This document shows, piece after piece, positions 40,031 through 49,815 of a DNA stretch of 64,000 nucleotides (its first letter is position 1; each line of letters opens with the position of its first letter). Made by a program: the position numbers and the translations under genes. The notes under the pieces are model-generated. The model was not told the origin of the DNA and ran no database searches. It saw only the letters and a program-made list of their open reading frames with translations. Source of the stretch: an uncultured Chloroflexia bacterium (GTDB taxonomy: Bacteria > Chloroflexota > Limnocylindria > Limnocylindrales > CSP1-4); the NCBI GenBank assembly GCA_963813535.1, contig CAWEZH010000002.1, positions 608,001 to 672,000 of the forward strand, in the 5' to 3' direction.

Positions 40031-40969
40031 TTGATCGCGCGGGGCGACAGGGACCCGCAGGCTCCGCCGGTCGTGCTCGGACTGCTCGGCGTGCCGTCCA
40101 GTGCGGGTGCGCATACGCCGGGCCAGGAGAAGGCGGCGGGGGCGCTTCGCACGGGGGGCCTCGTGGAGCGACTCGAAGCGCGCGGATGCGGCGTGGTCGA
40201 CCACGGCGACCTCGCTCCAGTGGTGTCGCGCCCGGATCCGGAGCACCGCCGGGCACAGAACGTCCCGCTTGTGGTGGAGGTCGCGCGAGCCGTCGCCGAT
40301 CGTGTCGAAGCGATCGCGATCGCGGGCCAGATCCCGCTCGTCGTCGGTGGCGACTGCTCCGTCACGGTCGGCGTCATGTCCGGTCTCGTGCGAGCCGGCC
40401 AGGACCCGAGCCTCCTGTACTTCGACGGCGGGGTCGACCTCTACGTCCCGGCGACCCAGCCCGAGGGCCACCTCGATTCGATGGGCGTCGCCCACATGAT
40501 CGCCGAACCCGGCTCCGTCCCCGAGTTGAGCCGGATCGGACCGCGGTACCCGCTCCTGGATCCGAGCCGCGTCGTCTTCTACGGCCCGTGCCTCGCGCAC
40601 ACGGATGACGAGGAGACCAGCGTGCTGGCACGGCATGGGATGCGAGCCTTCCCACTGGACGTGGTGCAGGGCCGGGCAGCCGTCGCCGCAACCGAGGCAC
40701 GCGCAGCGATCGAGTCCGATGGAGGAACGTTCCTCGTGCACTTCGACGTCGACGTGCTCGACTTCATCGAGTGCCCGATCGCCGACGTCCCGCACTTCGA
40801 ACACGGGATGTCGCTCGCCGACGCGATGGCGAGCCTGCGGATCCTTCTTGCCAGCCCGCGATTCGGCGGGCTCGTCGTCACGGAGATCAATCCGGACCAC
40901 GCCGATCGGGAGGGCACATCGATGGGCAGGTTCGTGGCGGCCATGGCGGCGGCGATCTGCGACGCCTGA
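40031..40969 (+). CDS. Arginase/ureohydrolase-family protein
   Basis: GGDCS, YFDGGVD, HFDVDVLD, TEINP. Confidence 0.8.
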   Translation: MIARGDRDPQAPPVVLGLLGVPSSAGAHTPGQEKAAGALRTGGLVERLEARGCGVVDHGDLAPVVSRPDPEHRRAQNVPLVVEVARAVADRVEAIAIAGQIPLVVGGDCSVTVGVMSGLVRAGQDPSLLYFDGGVDLYVPATQPEGHLDSMGVAHMIAEPGSVPELSRIGPRYPLLDPSRVVFYGPCLAHTDDEETSVLARHGMRAFPLDVVQGRAAVAATEARAAIESDGGTFLVHFDVDVLDFIECPIADVPHFEHGMSLADAMASLRILLASPRFGGLVVTEINPDHADREGTSMGRFVAAMAAAICDA

Positions 40970-41005
40970 CGATCTGCCGAGGCGTCCGGCAGCCAGACGG
41001 GGTGC

Positions 41006-42505
41006 CTACGCCGTGACAGGCGGTCCGAACCACCGTACCAACGCGTCGTCGAGCCCCTGCTGTGTTCCGTCGCCCACCCACGCGGCATATCCGTCCGGCC
41101 GGATCAGCATGGCGGTGGGAGCCGTGACCGCTCCGATCTCCGGAAGCTCCCACACACCGTCGTATGCCGCGTCGATCAGCTGGACGCGATCGGCCCAGGG
41201 AGCGATGTCGACGTCCCCGGGCTCGCCGAGGTTGAGCAGCACGGGTCGGGCATCGTGTAGCAGCGTGAAGACCCGCAGCGGACCGTCGGCCGTGACCAGG
41301 TCGAGATCGGGCATGCGGCGACCGAGCAGTGGATGCCCCTCACCTAGGTCGTAGTGGATGCCAAGGCCGGACATCATCGCGCCGAATCGCTTCCGCGGCT
41401 CGTCCATGCTCAGCAGCTCGGTCACGTTGTCGCGCAGCGCCTCGATGCGGTCGTCCTGCCGCATGAGCGCGACCTGCGCCATCGTATTGCGCAGCACGCG
41501 GGCAGCGACCGGGTGGCGCTCGGCATGGTAGGTGTCGAGCAGGCTTTCGGGCGCTGTTCCGTGGACCACCTGGGCCAGCTTCCATCCCAGGTTCACGGCG
41601 TCCTGCACACCGGTGTTGAGCCCTTGTCCACCGACCGGGGAGTGGACGTGCGCCGCGTCGCCCGCCAGCAGGACGCGCCCCGCTCGGTACGTCGCGGCCT
41701 GCCGAGTCATGTCGGTGAACCTGGAGATCCATGTGGGACTGTGGATCCCGAAATCGGTCCCGTACACGGCGATGAGCCGCTCGCTGAGATCGCGCATGCT
41801 GGGTTCGGCGGTGGCTCCGACGTTCGGCTCGGTCAGCATGACCCCCACGGTCCCGCCTTCCTTGTAGACCACATCGCCGTCGCGGATCTCGTAGTCGACC
41901 TTGCCCAGGGCATGCTGCCCGGAGGTATCGCGACGGATGCCCAACTCGGGCTCTTCGGTCATCTCGACCTGGGCGATCAGGGAGCTCGTGGTCGCGTCCC
42001 AACCGGGGAACTCGATACCGGCGGCTTTGCGAACCAGACTGCGTCCTCCGTCGCACCCGACGAGGTACTGCGCCCGCACCGACTGGCCGTCGGACAGCTC
42101 GACGTCGACGCCGGTGTCGTCCTGCGCGAAGCCGGTGACCTCGATGCCGTAGTGGATCTGCACGCCCAGCTCGCCGACCCATCCGGCCAGGATCCGCTCG
42201 ATGTGGTTCTGCCAAAGCCCGAGCCCGTAGTTGTGCCGGGTCGGAAAGTCGCTGATGTCCAACCGGACGCTGGCGAACCCCGCGACCTGCGCCACCTGCC
42301 CCTCCGATAGGAACCGATCGGCGATGCCACGCTGGTCGAGGACCTCGATGGTGCGGGATTGCAGGCCGCCTGCGCGCGATCCGGCGAGGTCCTGGCTGGC
42401 GCGCCGCTCGAAGATCGCAACATCGACGCCCGCCAACGCCAGCTCGCCCGCCAGCATCAGCCCCGTCGGGCCCCCTCCGGCGATCACCACTGCGCGCTCG
42501 GTCAT
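41006..42505 (-). CDS. FAD-dependent monooxygenase
   Basis: GGGPTG, GCDGGRS, LAGDAAHVHSPVGGQGLN, RPDGY. Confidence 0.9.
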   Translation of the reverse strand: MTERAVVIAGGGPTGLMLAGELALAGVDVAIFERRASQDLAGSRAGGLQSRTIEVLDQRGIADRFLSEGQVAQVAGFASVRLDISDFPTRHNYGLGLWQNHIERILAGWVGELGVQIHYGIEVTGFAQDDTGVDVELSDGQSVRAQYLVGCDGGRSLVRKAAGIEFPGWDATTSSLIAQVEMTEEPELGIRRDTSGQHALGKVDYEIRDGDVVYKEGGTVGVMLTEPNVGATAEPSMRDLSERLIAVYGTDFGIHSPTWISRFTDMTRQAATYRAGRVLLAGDAAHVHSPVGGQGLNTGVQDAVNLGWKLAQVVHGTAPESLLDTYHAERHPVAARVLRNTMAQVALMRQDDRIEALRDNVTELLSMDEPRKRFGAMMSGLGIHYDLGEGHPLLGRRMPDLDLVTADGPLRVFTLLHDARPVLLNLGEPGDVDIAPWADRVQLIDAAYDGVWELPEIGAVTAPTAMLIRPDGYAAWVGDGTQQGLDDALVRWFGPPVTA

Positions 42506-42625
42506 TCCCACGCTCCGATCGGGCGAGACGCCCCAACGTCTGTAGGCCGCGGTCACGTTCGCGCCTTCCTGCGGGTCACCTATGTAACGACCCGGAACCT
42601 ATCGTCGCAGGAAGGAGATACGGAC

Positions 42626-43087
42626 ATGAACGTCATGACTGCGAGCACGGCTCGCGTACCGCGCCAGGTTTCGCTCTTCAGCCCGATCCTCAAGGTCCTC
42701 CTGGCCGCGGGCATCCCGCTGGGCTTCAACGGGCTGATCACCATCCGTGGCCGGAAGAGCGGCCTGCCGCGCACGACGCCCGTGGCGATCATCAAGGTCG
42801 GTGGCAGGCGATGGGTATGGGCCCCGTGGGGCGAGGTCCATTGGGTGCAGAACCTACGAGCGGCCGGCCGCGCGAGCATCACCGTTCGCCGCCGCGAGGA
42901 AGAGGTGACAGCGACCGAGCTGGATCCGAGTCAGCGTGTCGAGTTCTTCCGCGACGTCATGGCGCCGCTCGCGCGAAGCATCCCGTTCGGCTACTGGTTC
43001 ATCCGCGCCGTCGACGGCGTCGATCTCAAGCATCCGGAGGAGGCGGCCGAGGGTCGACGCGTGTTCGAACTGCATCCACTGCGCTGA
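42626..43087 (+). CDS. Deazaflavin (F420)-dependent nitroreductase-family protein
   Basis: GRKSGLPRTTPV, WVQNLRAAG. Confidence 0.8.
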   Translation: MNVMTASTARVPRQVSLFSPILKVLLAAGIPLGFNGLITIRGRKSGLPRTTPVAIIKVGGRRWVWAPWGEVHWVQNLRAAGRASITVRRREEEVTATELDPSQRVEFFRDVMAPLARSIPFGYWFIRAVDGVDLKHPEEAAEGRRVFELHPLR

Positions 43088-43177
43088 ACTGCGCTGTCAA
43101 ACGAGGCGGGCGCGCGCGTCGTGGTCGATCACTGAGCGGATACTGGGCCATCTCACGCGCCATGGAGAGGTTCGCCG

Positions 43178-43993
43178 ATGCCCATGTTCGAAGGCTCCCA
43201 AACGTCGATCGAGTACGCGCAGAACGGCGATGGGGCCGACATCGTCTGGGTGTCCGGCGGCGGTGATGCCCGCGATAGCTGGGACGCTTACCAACTGCCG
43301 CACTTCCGTCGATCGTTTCGGAATACCACCTTCACGAACCGTGGGATCGCCCCGACGACCTGTCGCCAGCCTCTGCCATGGACGATCGGGGATATGGCGC
43401 GCGACACGGCCGAGTTGATCGCCGCCGTTTGCGCGCCGCCCGTCGTGGTGGTCGGGCTGTCCATGGGCGCACTGATCGTGCAGCAGCTGGCCGTCGACCA
43501 TCCGGATCTCATCCGGGTGGGCATCGCCATGGGTGGCGGCGCGCGGTCCCATGGTTGGATCCGCTACTACATGCAGGCGGAGATCGACTACCGCGACGCC
43601 GGGGGGCGGCTCGACGGAGAGATGGCCGTGGCCCACTACGCCGCGAGCCTGTACCCGGCGCGCGTCCTGGGCGACCCGGTGCTGTGGCCAAGGATCCGGG
43701 ACGAGCTGTCGGCGTGGATCGAGACGGGCTCGAACGAGGAGTCGCTCATCGGTCAGTGGGACGCCTGCCAGACATTCGACGTAACCAGCAAGCTCCCATC
43801 CTGCACGGTCCCGCTCCACGTCTTCTCGTTCGCAGAGGACGTGCAGGCACCGCCGCAGTTCGGCCGGGAGGTAGCGGACCTATGCCCGACCTCCACGTAC
43901 CACCTGTTCGAGGGTATGGGTCATTGCTCGATCTATGGGCATGAGCACGAGCGCCTGAACGCCGAGATCGAGGCGATCGCTCGGCGGTATTGA
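43178..43993 (+). CDS. Alpha/beta hydrolase
   Basis: GLSMGA, D and GH catalytic motifs. Confidence 0.85.
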   Translation: MPMFEGSQTSIEYAQNGDGADIVWVSGGGDARDSWDAYQLPHFRRSFRNTTFTNRGIAPTTCRQPLPWTIGDMARDTAELIAAVCAPPVVVVGLSMGALIVQQLAVDHPDLIRVGIAMGGGARSHGWIRYYMQAEIDYRDAGGRLDGEMAVAHYAASLYPARVLGDPVLWPRIRDELSAWIETGSNEESLIGQWDACQTFDVTSKLPSCTVPLHVFSFAEDVQAPPQFGREVADLCPTSTYHLFEGMGHCSIYGHEHERLNAEIEAIARRY

Positions 43994-44156
43994 CGCTCCG
44001 CGGGCGGCTGACGAGGCCCGGTCGGGCGCCGGCTGCAGCACAAACGCAAGACGCACGAGGCCTGATGCGGGTGCGACCGCCAAGGTCCTGTGGCTAGGGT
44101 CGGCGAACGAGCAAAGCCGACGCGTCGGCGATCCCGGAAGCGAGGTGAGAGCCGCG

Positions 44157-44327
44157 ATGCCGAAGAAGGAGCACCTGCCGAACGTGAGCGACAACGAGCA
44201 GAAGATGTACGAGCGCATCAAGCGGAGCGAGCGGGAGCAGGGCCGTTCGATGGAGCGCTCCAAGGCGATCGCTGCAGCGACCGTCGTGAAGCATCACAAC
44301 AAGAAGAAGCACTCCAGCGGCAAGTGA
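44157..44327 (+). CDS. Small basic ChaB-like/plasmid-stabilisation-type protein
   Basis: GAGGTG RBS; MYERIKRS..GRS.ERSKAIAAATV motif. Confidence 0.6.
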   Translation: MPKKEHLPNVSDNEQKMYERIKRSEREQGRSMERSKAIAAATVVKHHNKKKHSSGK

Positions 44328-44350
44328 GCGGTCGTGACTGACCGGGGACG

Positions 44351-45373
44351 TCAGCGCCAGTCGGGGATGCCACCGAGGGCGCGGTCGATCCCGTCCGCAC
44401 GGAGCTCGAGTCGGCCGGTCCCGTCAGTACGAACGACGAAGAGCGCGTGGCCGGAGATCAGCAGGTACGTGCTGTCGGGCGACCACGCCACGAACTGACC
44501 GATCTCCGGTGAGACGCGACGCGGATCCGATCCATCGGCGTTCATCAGCCAGATGTCGTGGTACTCGTCGTTCTCGCCGGCCCGCCAGCATTCCTGATCG
44601 TCCGAGGCGAACCTGCAGTCGTCCCGTTCCGAGGTGAAGGCGATCGTCCTGCCGTCCGGTGACCAGACCGGCCAACCATCGGATCCGTGACTGTCCGTCA
44701 GCTGGTCGACCGCACCCGTTGCCAGATCCGCGACGTAGATCTCGTAGTCCGTTCCCTGGTGGCCCATATACGCGATCTTGGAGCCGTCAGGCGAGAACGA
44801 CGGGTATTCGACCCAGGCGTCAACGTCGATCTCGCGCAGGCCCGAGCCGTCCGGCTCGACGAGATAGCCGCGGATCGCACCACCACCCCGGTCCGAATTG
44901 AAGGCGATGGTCCGACCATCAGGCGACCAATCCGGTCCCCAGTCGTTCGATGGGTCGTTCGTGAGGTTCCGACGCTCGGAACCATCGGCACGTGCCACGA
45001 AGACCTCGTCGTCGTCGTTGATCCCACGCGTCGAGTCGCGGTAGACGACCCACTCGCCATCGGGCGACCAGGCGCCATCGAACTCCGAGCCGGCCTCTCC
45101 GGCGACCGTGACGACGTGTGAGCCGTCGACATCCATCGCGAAGACGTCCTCGAAGTCGTCGAAGACGATCCGCCCCGACAACGCGGAGAGCTCGATCGGC
45201 TCGCCGGTCGAGACTGGGGTCGTACCGGTATGGACGGTCCGGGAGGGGAGGGGAGCCGCCCTGGTCGCCCCAGCAGAGCCCGGCGTGGACGGAACGGCCG
45301 ACGGGCCCGGCGAGCCGCAGGCGGCCAGCGAGACCACGAGGACGAGGGCTGTCGCGTGTCGGTGGCGCTGCAC
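44351..45373 (-). CDS. TolB/PD40-repeat lipoprotein
   Basis: Lipobox LAAC; five WSPD/FSPD repeats. Confidence 0.8.
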   Translation of the reverse strand: MQRHRHATALVLVVSLAACGSPGPSAVPSTPGSAGATRAAPLPSRTVHTGTTPVSTGEPIELSALSGRIVFDDFEDVFAMDVDGSHVVTVAGEAGSEFDGAWSPDGEWVVYRDSTRGINDDDEVFVARADGSERRNLTNDPSNDWGPDWSPDGRTIAFNSDRGGGAIRGYLVEPDGSGLREIDVDAWVEYPSFSPDGSKIAYMGHQGTDYEIYVADLATGAVDQLTDSHGSDGWPVWSPDGRTIAFTSERDDCRFASDDQECWRAGENDEYHDIWLMNADGSDPRRVSPEIGQFVAWSPDSTYLLISGHALFVVRTDGTGRLELRADGIDRALGGIPDWR

Positions 45374-45469
45374 GTGCGTTCTACGTCCTGCGGCGCGTAT
45401 CGGTTCCCCGGAACGGGTGGAAGTGGGCATCCGAGGACAGTACGCACGAAATCCGCTGGAAAAACAGAA

Positions 45470-45495
45470 TGTCGAAAGCGACGCAGGCCAGTCGT
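45470..45495 (+). promoter_or_regulatory. Possible ECF sigma promoter upstream of the YciI gene
   Basis: TGTCGA-N16-TCGT preceded by an A-rich tract. Confidence 0.35.
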
Positions 45496-45544
45496 AGACG
45501 ACATAGGACGGCGGGGTCGGCCCGCCGAGCACAGGAGCACCACG

Positions 45545-45916
45545 ATGACCCAATACATGTTGTCGGTCCATATGGCGGATGAGCCGTCACACGAGCCCAT
45601 GACGGAGGAGCAGCAGCGCGCGGGTTACGCGAAGATCGCCGGACTGGAGGCCGATATGGAGGAGGCGGGCGCACTCCTGTACTCGGCGCGTCTAACCAGC
45701 GCGTCCGAGGCGAAGGTCGTTCGCAAGCCGAAGGGCCGGATCCGCCAGACGGACGGGCCGTTCATCGAGACGAAGGAGAACCTCGGCGGGTTCTACCTCC
45801 TCGAGGCGCCCGACCTCGACGCGGCGCTCGGTTGGGCATCACGCGTCTCGGAAGCGATCGACGCACCGATCGAGGTCAGGCCGCTCGCGGGCGGTCGAGC
45901 AGGGCGCAAAGCCTAG
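45545..45916 (+). CDS. YciI/DGPF family protein
   Basis: TDGPFIETKENLGGFY; AGGAG RBS. Confidence 0.9.
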   Translation: MTQYMLSVHMADEPSHEPMTEEQQRAGYAKIAGLEADMEEAGALLYSARLTSASEAKVVRKPKGRIRQTDGPFIETKENLGGFYLLEAPDLDAALGWASRVSEAIDAPIEVRPLAGGRAGRKA

Positions 45917-45993
45917 ACCCGTCGGGACAGCCGGCGGTCGTTGTCAGACCGCCGGCTACTTCGGTGGTATGGCCGCGGGGTATCGTGAGCCAC

Positions 45994-46494
45994 ATGTCAG
46001 AGACACCGGCGAAGCCCTTCCTTCCGCCTCGGTGGGTCGTTCGGGCCGCCTGGGCCGCGCACCGGGCGATCTATCGGCTCACCGGAGGCCGGCGCGGTCT
46101 CGGACCGCCGACGGAGACGTCGTACGGAACGATGCGCCTCCACACGATCGGCCGACGGAGTGGGCAGACCCGCATGGCGATGCTTGGGTACTTCGAGGAC
46201 GGTCCGAACCTCTACACGCTCGCGATGAACGGGTGGGGCGAGCCGGAACCGGCATGGTGGCTCAACCTCCAGGCGACTCCCGACGTGACGATCGACCTGC
46301 GCGACGGTCCGCGCCGATTCCATGCGCGAGAGGCGACGGGCGACGAGCGCACCCGCCTGTGGGCCGCTATGGCGCAGGTCAACTCGAATCTCGATGCGTA
46401 CGCTACGCGTCGACCGCGGGGTACGGCCGTGGTCGTCTTCGAGCCCCGATCGGATCCGGCACCGACCGCGCCGGACGACGCTCGCTCGGGCTAG
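45994..46494 (+). CDS. F420H2-dependent nitroreductase (Ddn-like)
   Basis: LHTIGRRSG, PAWWLNLQATP, Y..R..AVVVFEP. Confidence 0.85.
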   Translation: MSETPAKPFLPPRWVVRAAWAAHRAIYRLTGGRRGLGPPTETSYGTMRLHTIGRRSGQTRMAMLGYFEDGPNLYTLAMNGWGEPEPAWWLNLQATPDVTIDLRDGPRRFHAREATGDERTRLWAAMAQVNSNLDAYATRRPRGTAVVVFEPRSDPAPTAPDDARSG

Positions 46495-46507
46495 CCCTGG
46501 CTGTGGA

Positions 46508-46957
46508 TCAGACCCGGTCTACGACGGTTTGGGCCGCTTCCCGCTCCGCCAGCCGCGCGAACTTCTCGAGCTCACCGCGAAAGCTGCCCTCGTAGGAGCC
46601 GCGCGAGAACACCCATGAGGAGATCGCCGAGAACCAGCCGACCGTCGCGAAGTCCTGGGTGATGCGCGTCCCGTGGCCATCGGGCTCGAACGTCGCGCTC
46701 GACACGCCCCGAAGCACCCAGCTGCCGAAGCGCGTCGCGAAGCGGCACGGCGGATCGGCCTCGAGGACCTCCGTCGGGCTCTTGACGGGACCGAAGTGGA
46801 CGACGTACGTCGTACCGACCCGATCGATCGGTCCGGAGAGGCTGCTCACGCCCGTGACCCCGCCGACCCACTCGCCCATCCGCTCGACGTCCGTCCAGAG
46901 CGCGAAGACGTGCGCGGGTGATGCGGCGACATGGGTGGAGATCGTGTAGTGGGCCAC
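46508..46957 (-). CDS. SRPBCC family protein
   Basis: VAASPAHVFALWTD..W, GTRIT, C-terminal helix. Confidence 0.8.
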   Translation of the reverse strand: MAHYTISTHVAASPAHVFALWTDVERMGEWVGGVTGVSSLSGPIDRVGTTYVVHFGPVKSPTEVLEADPPCRFATRFGSWVLRGVSSATFEPDGHGTRITQDFATVGWFSAISSWVFSRGSYEGSFRGELEKFARLAEREAAQTVVDRV

Positions 46958-47004
46958 GGGTGGCGCCCATTCTGCACAGCCGGTGGCGCCTCTACCATTC
47001 GCGG

Positions 47005-48516
47005 ATGGATGATCGCGACGGCGCGCAGCCGGCTCCGCCGCTCTCGCCGCTCGTCGCCGCCCTCCTGACGTTCATCGCCACGGCGAGCGTGCTCGTCCTC
47101 GAGATCGCCGCCGGGCGGCTCCTGGCGCCATACGTGGGCGTGTCGCTCACGACCTACACCGGGATCATCGGCGCGATCCTGGCCGGCATCGCCCTGGGCG
47201 CCTGGATCGGCGGGAAGGCTGCCGACACCGTCGGGCCGCTATCGCTCCTGGGGCCAGCGTTCATCCTCGGCGGTCTCAGCGCCATCGCCGCGGTGCCGAT
47301 CGTCGGAGTGATCGGAGGCATCGGGGTGGGGGAGGGGCTGTTCGGGATCGTCGTCCTCGCGACGACCGCGTTCGTCGTCCCGGCGGCCATCCTCTCGGCC
47401 ACGGCGCCGATGCTCGTCCGCGGCACGCTGACCGACCTCGCCACCAGCGGTTCGATCGTCGGCCGGTTGTCGGCCGTCGGGACGGTCGGCGCCATCACGG
47501 GCACGTTCCTGACCGGCTTCGTGCTGCTCGGCCTGTTCCCCACCCGCGTGCTGATCGTCGCGATCGGTGCCGGGCTGGCGGTCATCGGCGTCGCACTGAC
47601 CCTATGGCTTCGAAGCGGGGGCAGGGGACCGGCGGCGATCGCGATAGGCGCCGTCCTCCTGACCGGCGGGCTCGCCGTGGCCCAGCCGTCCCCGTGCGAA
47701 ATCGAGAGCGCCTACTACTGCATCGCCATCCGTCGCGACGCCGCCGACCCGGACATCCGGGTGCTCGTGCTCGACCGACTCACCCACGCCGCCGTCGACC
47801 TGCGCGACCCGACCGACCTCGAGTTCGGCTACGTGCGGCGGTTCGCGGACGCCACGGCGCCGCTCCGCGCCACCCTGGGCACTTCGCAGGACACCCTGCA
47901 CATCGGTGGCGGCGGGTTCACGTTCCCGCGCTACATCGAGGCCATGCATCCGGACGCTCGGCAGACCGTGCTCGAGCTCGATCCCCGCATCTACGAGATC
48001 GCACGGTCGGAGCTCGGGTACGTGCCGAGCGACCGCATCGACGTGCGACTGGGTGACGCGCGACAGTCGATCCGGGCCCTCCCGTCGGATGCCTTCGACA
48101 TCGTGGTCGGCGATGCCTTCGGCGGGCTCGCCGTGCCGTGGCATCTCACGACGACCGAGTTCATCGGCGAGGTGGAGCGTGTGCTCCGCCCGGGCGGCAT
48201 GTACGTCGCGAACCTCATCGACTACCCGCCGCTGCGCTTCGTCCGGGCCGAGGCAGCCACGCTGGCGAACGCCTTCTCCAACGTGGCGGTCCTCGCCAAC
48301 CGCCGGACGATCGAGGGAGAGGGCGGCGGCAACCTCGTGCTCGTGGCGAGCGATACGCCGGTCGATAGGGCAGGGGTGGAGGCGGCCATCGCGACCTGGG
48401 GCGAAGGTTCGACGACGGCCGTCCTCACTGCCCGTGTTGAGGTGTCGACGTTCATCGACGGGTCAGTCGCGCTCACCGACGACTTCGCGCCGGTCGACCA
48501 GCTCCTCGGGCGCTAA
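47005..48516 (+). CDS. Fused membrane domain/spermidine synthase-like methyltransferase
   Basis: LEIAAGRLLAPYVG, HIGGGG, ELDP, GDAR, DAF, LTDDFAPVD. Confidence 0.85.
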   Translation: MDDRDGAQPAPPLSPLVAALLTFIATASVLVLEIAAGRLLAPYVGVSLTTYTGIIGAILAGIALGAWIGGKAADTVGPLSLLGPAFILGGLSAIAAVPIVGVIGGIGVGEGLFGIVVLATTAFVVPAAILSATAPMLVRGTLTDLATSGSIVGRLSAVGTVGAITGTFLTGFVLLGLFPTRVLIVAIGAGLAVIGVALTLWLRSGGRGPAAIAIGAVLLTGGLAVAQPSPCEIESAYYCIAIRRDAADPDIRVLVLDRLTHAAVDLRDPTDLEFGYVRRFADATAPLRATLGTSQDTLHIGGGGFTFPRYIEAMHPDARQTVLELDPRIYEIARSELGYVPSDRIDVRLGDARQSIRALPSDAFDIVVGDAFGGLAVPWHLTTTEFIGEVERVLRPGGMYVANLIDYPPLRFVRAEAATLANAFSNVAVLANRRTIEGEGGGNLVLVASDTPVDRAGVEAAIATWGEGSTTAVLTARVEVSTFIDGSVALTDDFAPVDQLLGR

Positions 48517-48558
48517 GGTGTGTTAACAAAGTCCGGTGCGCAGAGCCAAGGGACGGGC

Positions 48559-48984
48559 ATGAGCAGCGACGCAAACAGGATCGAAGAGCACCTCCGGGCG
48601 GCCTCTGACGCGATCCTTCTGCTGTTGACCGAGGTCGGTCAGCTCGAGCGACACAAGCGCGGCATCCCGCCGGGGGAGGCTCGGTTCGACGAGGTGGCGC
48701 GATCCGTCCGCGTGGTGGCGCAGGCGCTGGCGCAGTTCACCGAGTACGAGGAGACGTGGGCCCGCATCGCCACGGACGGCAGGACCGACATCGAACCGAT
48801 CTCGAAGTCGGAGAACACGCCGACGACCGCCGCGATCCTCGAGCGCTGGCGAGCGATCGAACGGCAGCTCGATGACATGGAACCAGGCTCGCCCGAGTCG
48901 GCACGATTGTTCGCCGAGTTCGAGCGCCTGCGGGACGAGTACCTGGCCATCTTCAAGGAGCGCCAAGCGAACGACCCGGAGTAG
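48559..48984 (+). CDS. Hypothetical helical protein with two PG-turn hairpins
   Basis: Clean ORF with coding-like codon usage; LERHKRGIPPGEARF and IERQLDDMEPGSPES. Confidence 0.65.
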   Translation: MSSDANRIEEHLRAASDAILLLLTEVGQLERHKRGIPPGEARFDEVARSVRVVAQALAQFTEYEETWARIATDGRTDIEPISKSENTPTTAAILERWRAIERQLDDMEPGSPESARLFAEFERLRDEYLAIFKERQANDPE

Positions 48985-49049
48985 GGCGAGGACGCGGGCC
49001 GGACCTGGCGCAAGGATCTCGACTACACCTTCGATCGAAGGCTCGGCGC

Positions 49050-49709
49050 CTAAGCCTGCGAGAAGTCGGCCGTCGAGGGGATCACCGCGGGCGGGGTCCC
49101 CACGACGATCACGATCACCTTCTGGTCGGTGAGTTCGATTGCACCCCGGTCCCCCTCGTAGGGCTCGCCGCCGATGTACACCGCGATCGGCGTCGGCGCG
49201 CAGTGCTCCCCGACGCAGGTCTCGCTGAGCTCGACGCCCCACTCGGTGAAGAACTGACCGAGGGTGTGCGGCTCCGGCTTCGACGACTCGGTGTGAAGGA
49301 TCCCCGACTCGTCGTGCGTGTGGAGCGGTGAGATGCACGGCTGGGCGCACATCTCGATGCCGCCGTAGCCGAGCGGGTTCTCGAATGTTCGGACGTCGGG
49401 GTCCTCGATGTTGATCCCGATGCCCGCCGGCACCAGGATCGCCTTGCCGTCGATGAACACGTCCAGGTGGGCGTGGGCGTGGTTGACCAGGAACTCCTTT
49501 GGCGCGGGCTCAAGACCGGCCTCGACCGTGCGCTCGAGCGGATCCGACGGCGCGGGCCAGAGGAGGGTCGGTGGTCCGGCAGCCGGCGATGCCGCCGCGG
49601 CGCTCGGAGTCTGCGGGGCAGCCGACCCGGCGCTCCCGCCGCACGAGGCGGCGACGAGAACGGCGCCGCCGATAGCGATCGTGCGCGCCAGGGTCAGCGG
49701 CGTTCGCAT
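49050..49709 (-). CDS. Lipoprotein with His-rich putative metal site
   Basis: Lipobox AASC; HAHAHL, PAGIGI, PLHTHDESGILHTE, TLGQFF.EWG. Confidence 0.75.
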   Translation of the reverse strand: MRTPLTLARTIAIGGAVLVAASCGGSAGSAAPQTPSAAAASPAAGPPTLLWPAPSDPLERTVEAGLEPAPKEFLVNHAHAHLDVFIDGKAILVPAGIGINIEDPDVRTFENPLGYGGIEMCAQPCISPLHTHDESGILHTESSKPEPHTLGQFFTEWGVELSETCVGEHCAPTPIAVYIGGEPYEGDRGAIELTDQKVIVIVVGTPPAVIPSTADFSQA

Positions 49710-49815
49710 GAACGGTTCCCTCCGAGCAGTCCTACGTCCCGGGGCACACTACGTCGTCTGGCAGGTGGGCGGGGCGTGATTCAGCGGGGTTCGGGGCTGG
49801 ACTAATCTGACCGCG

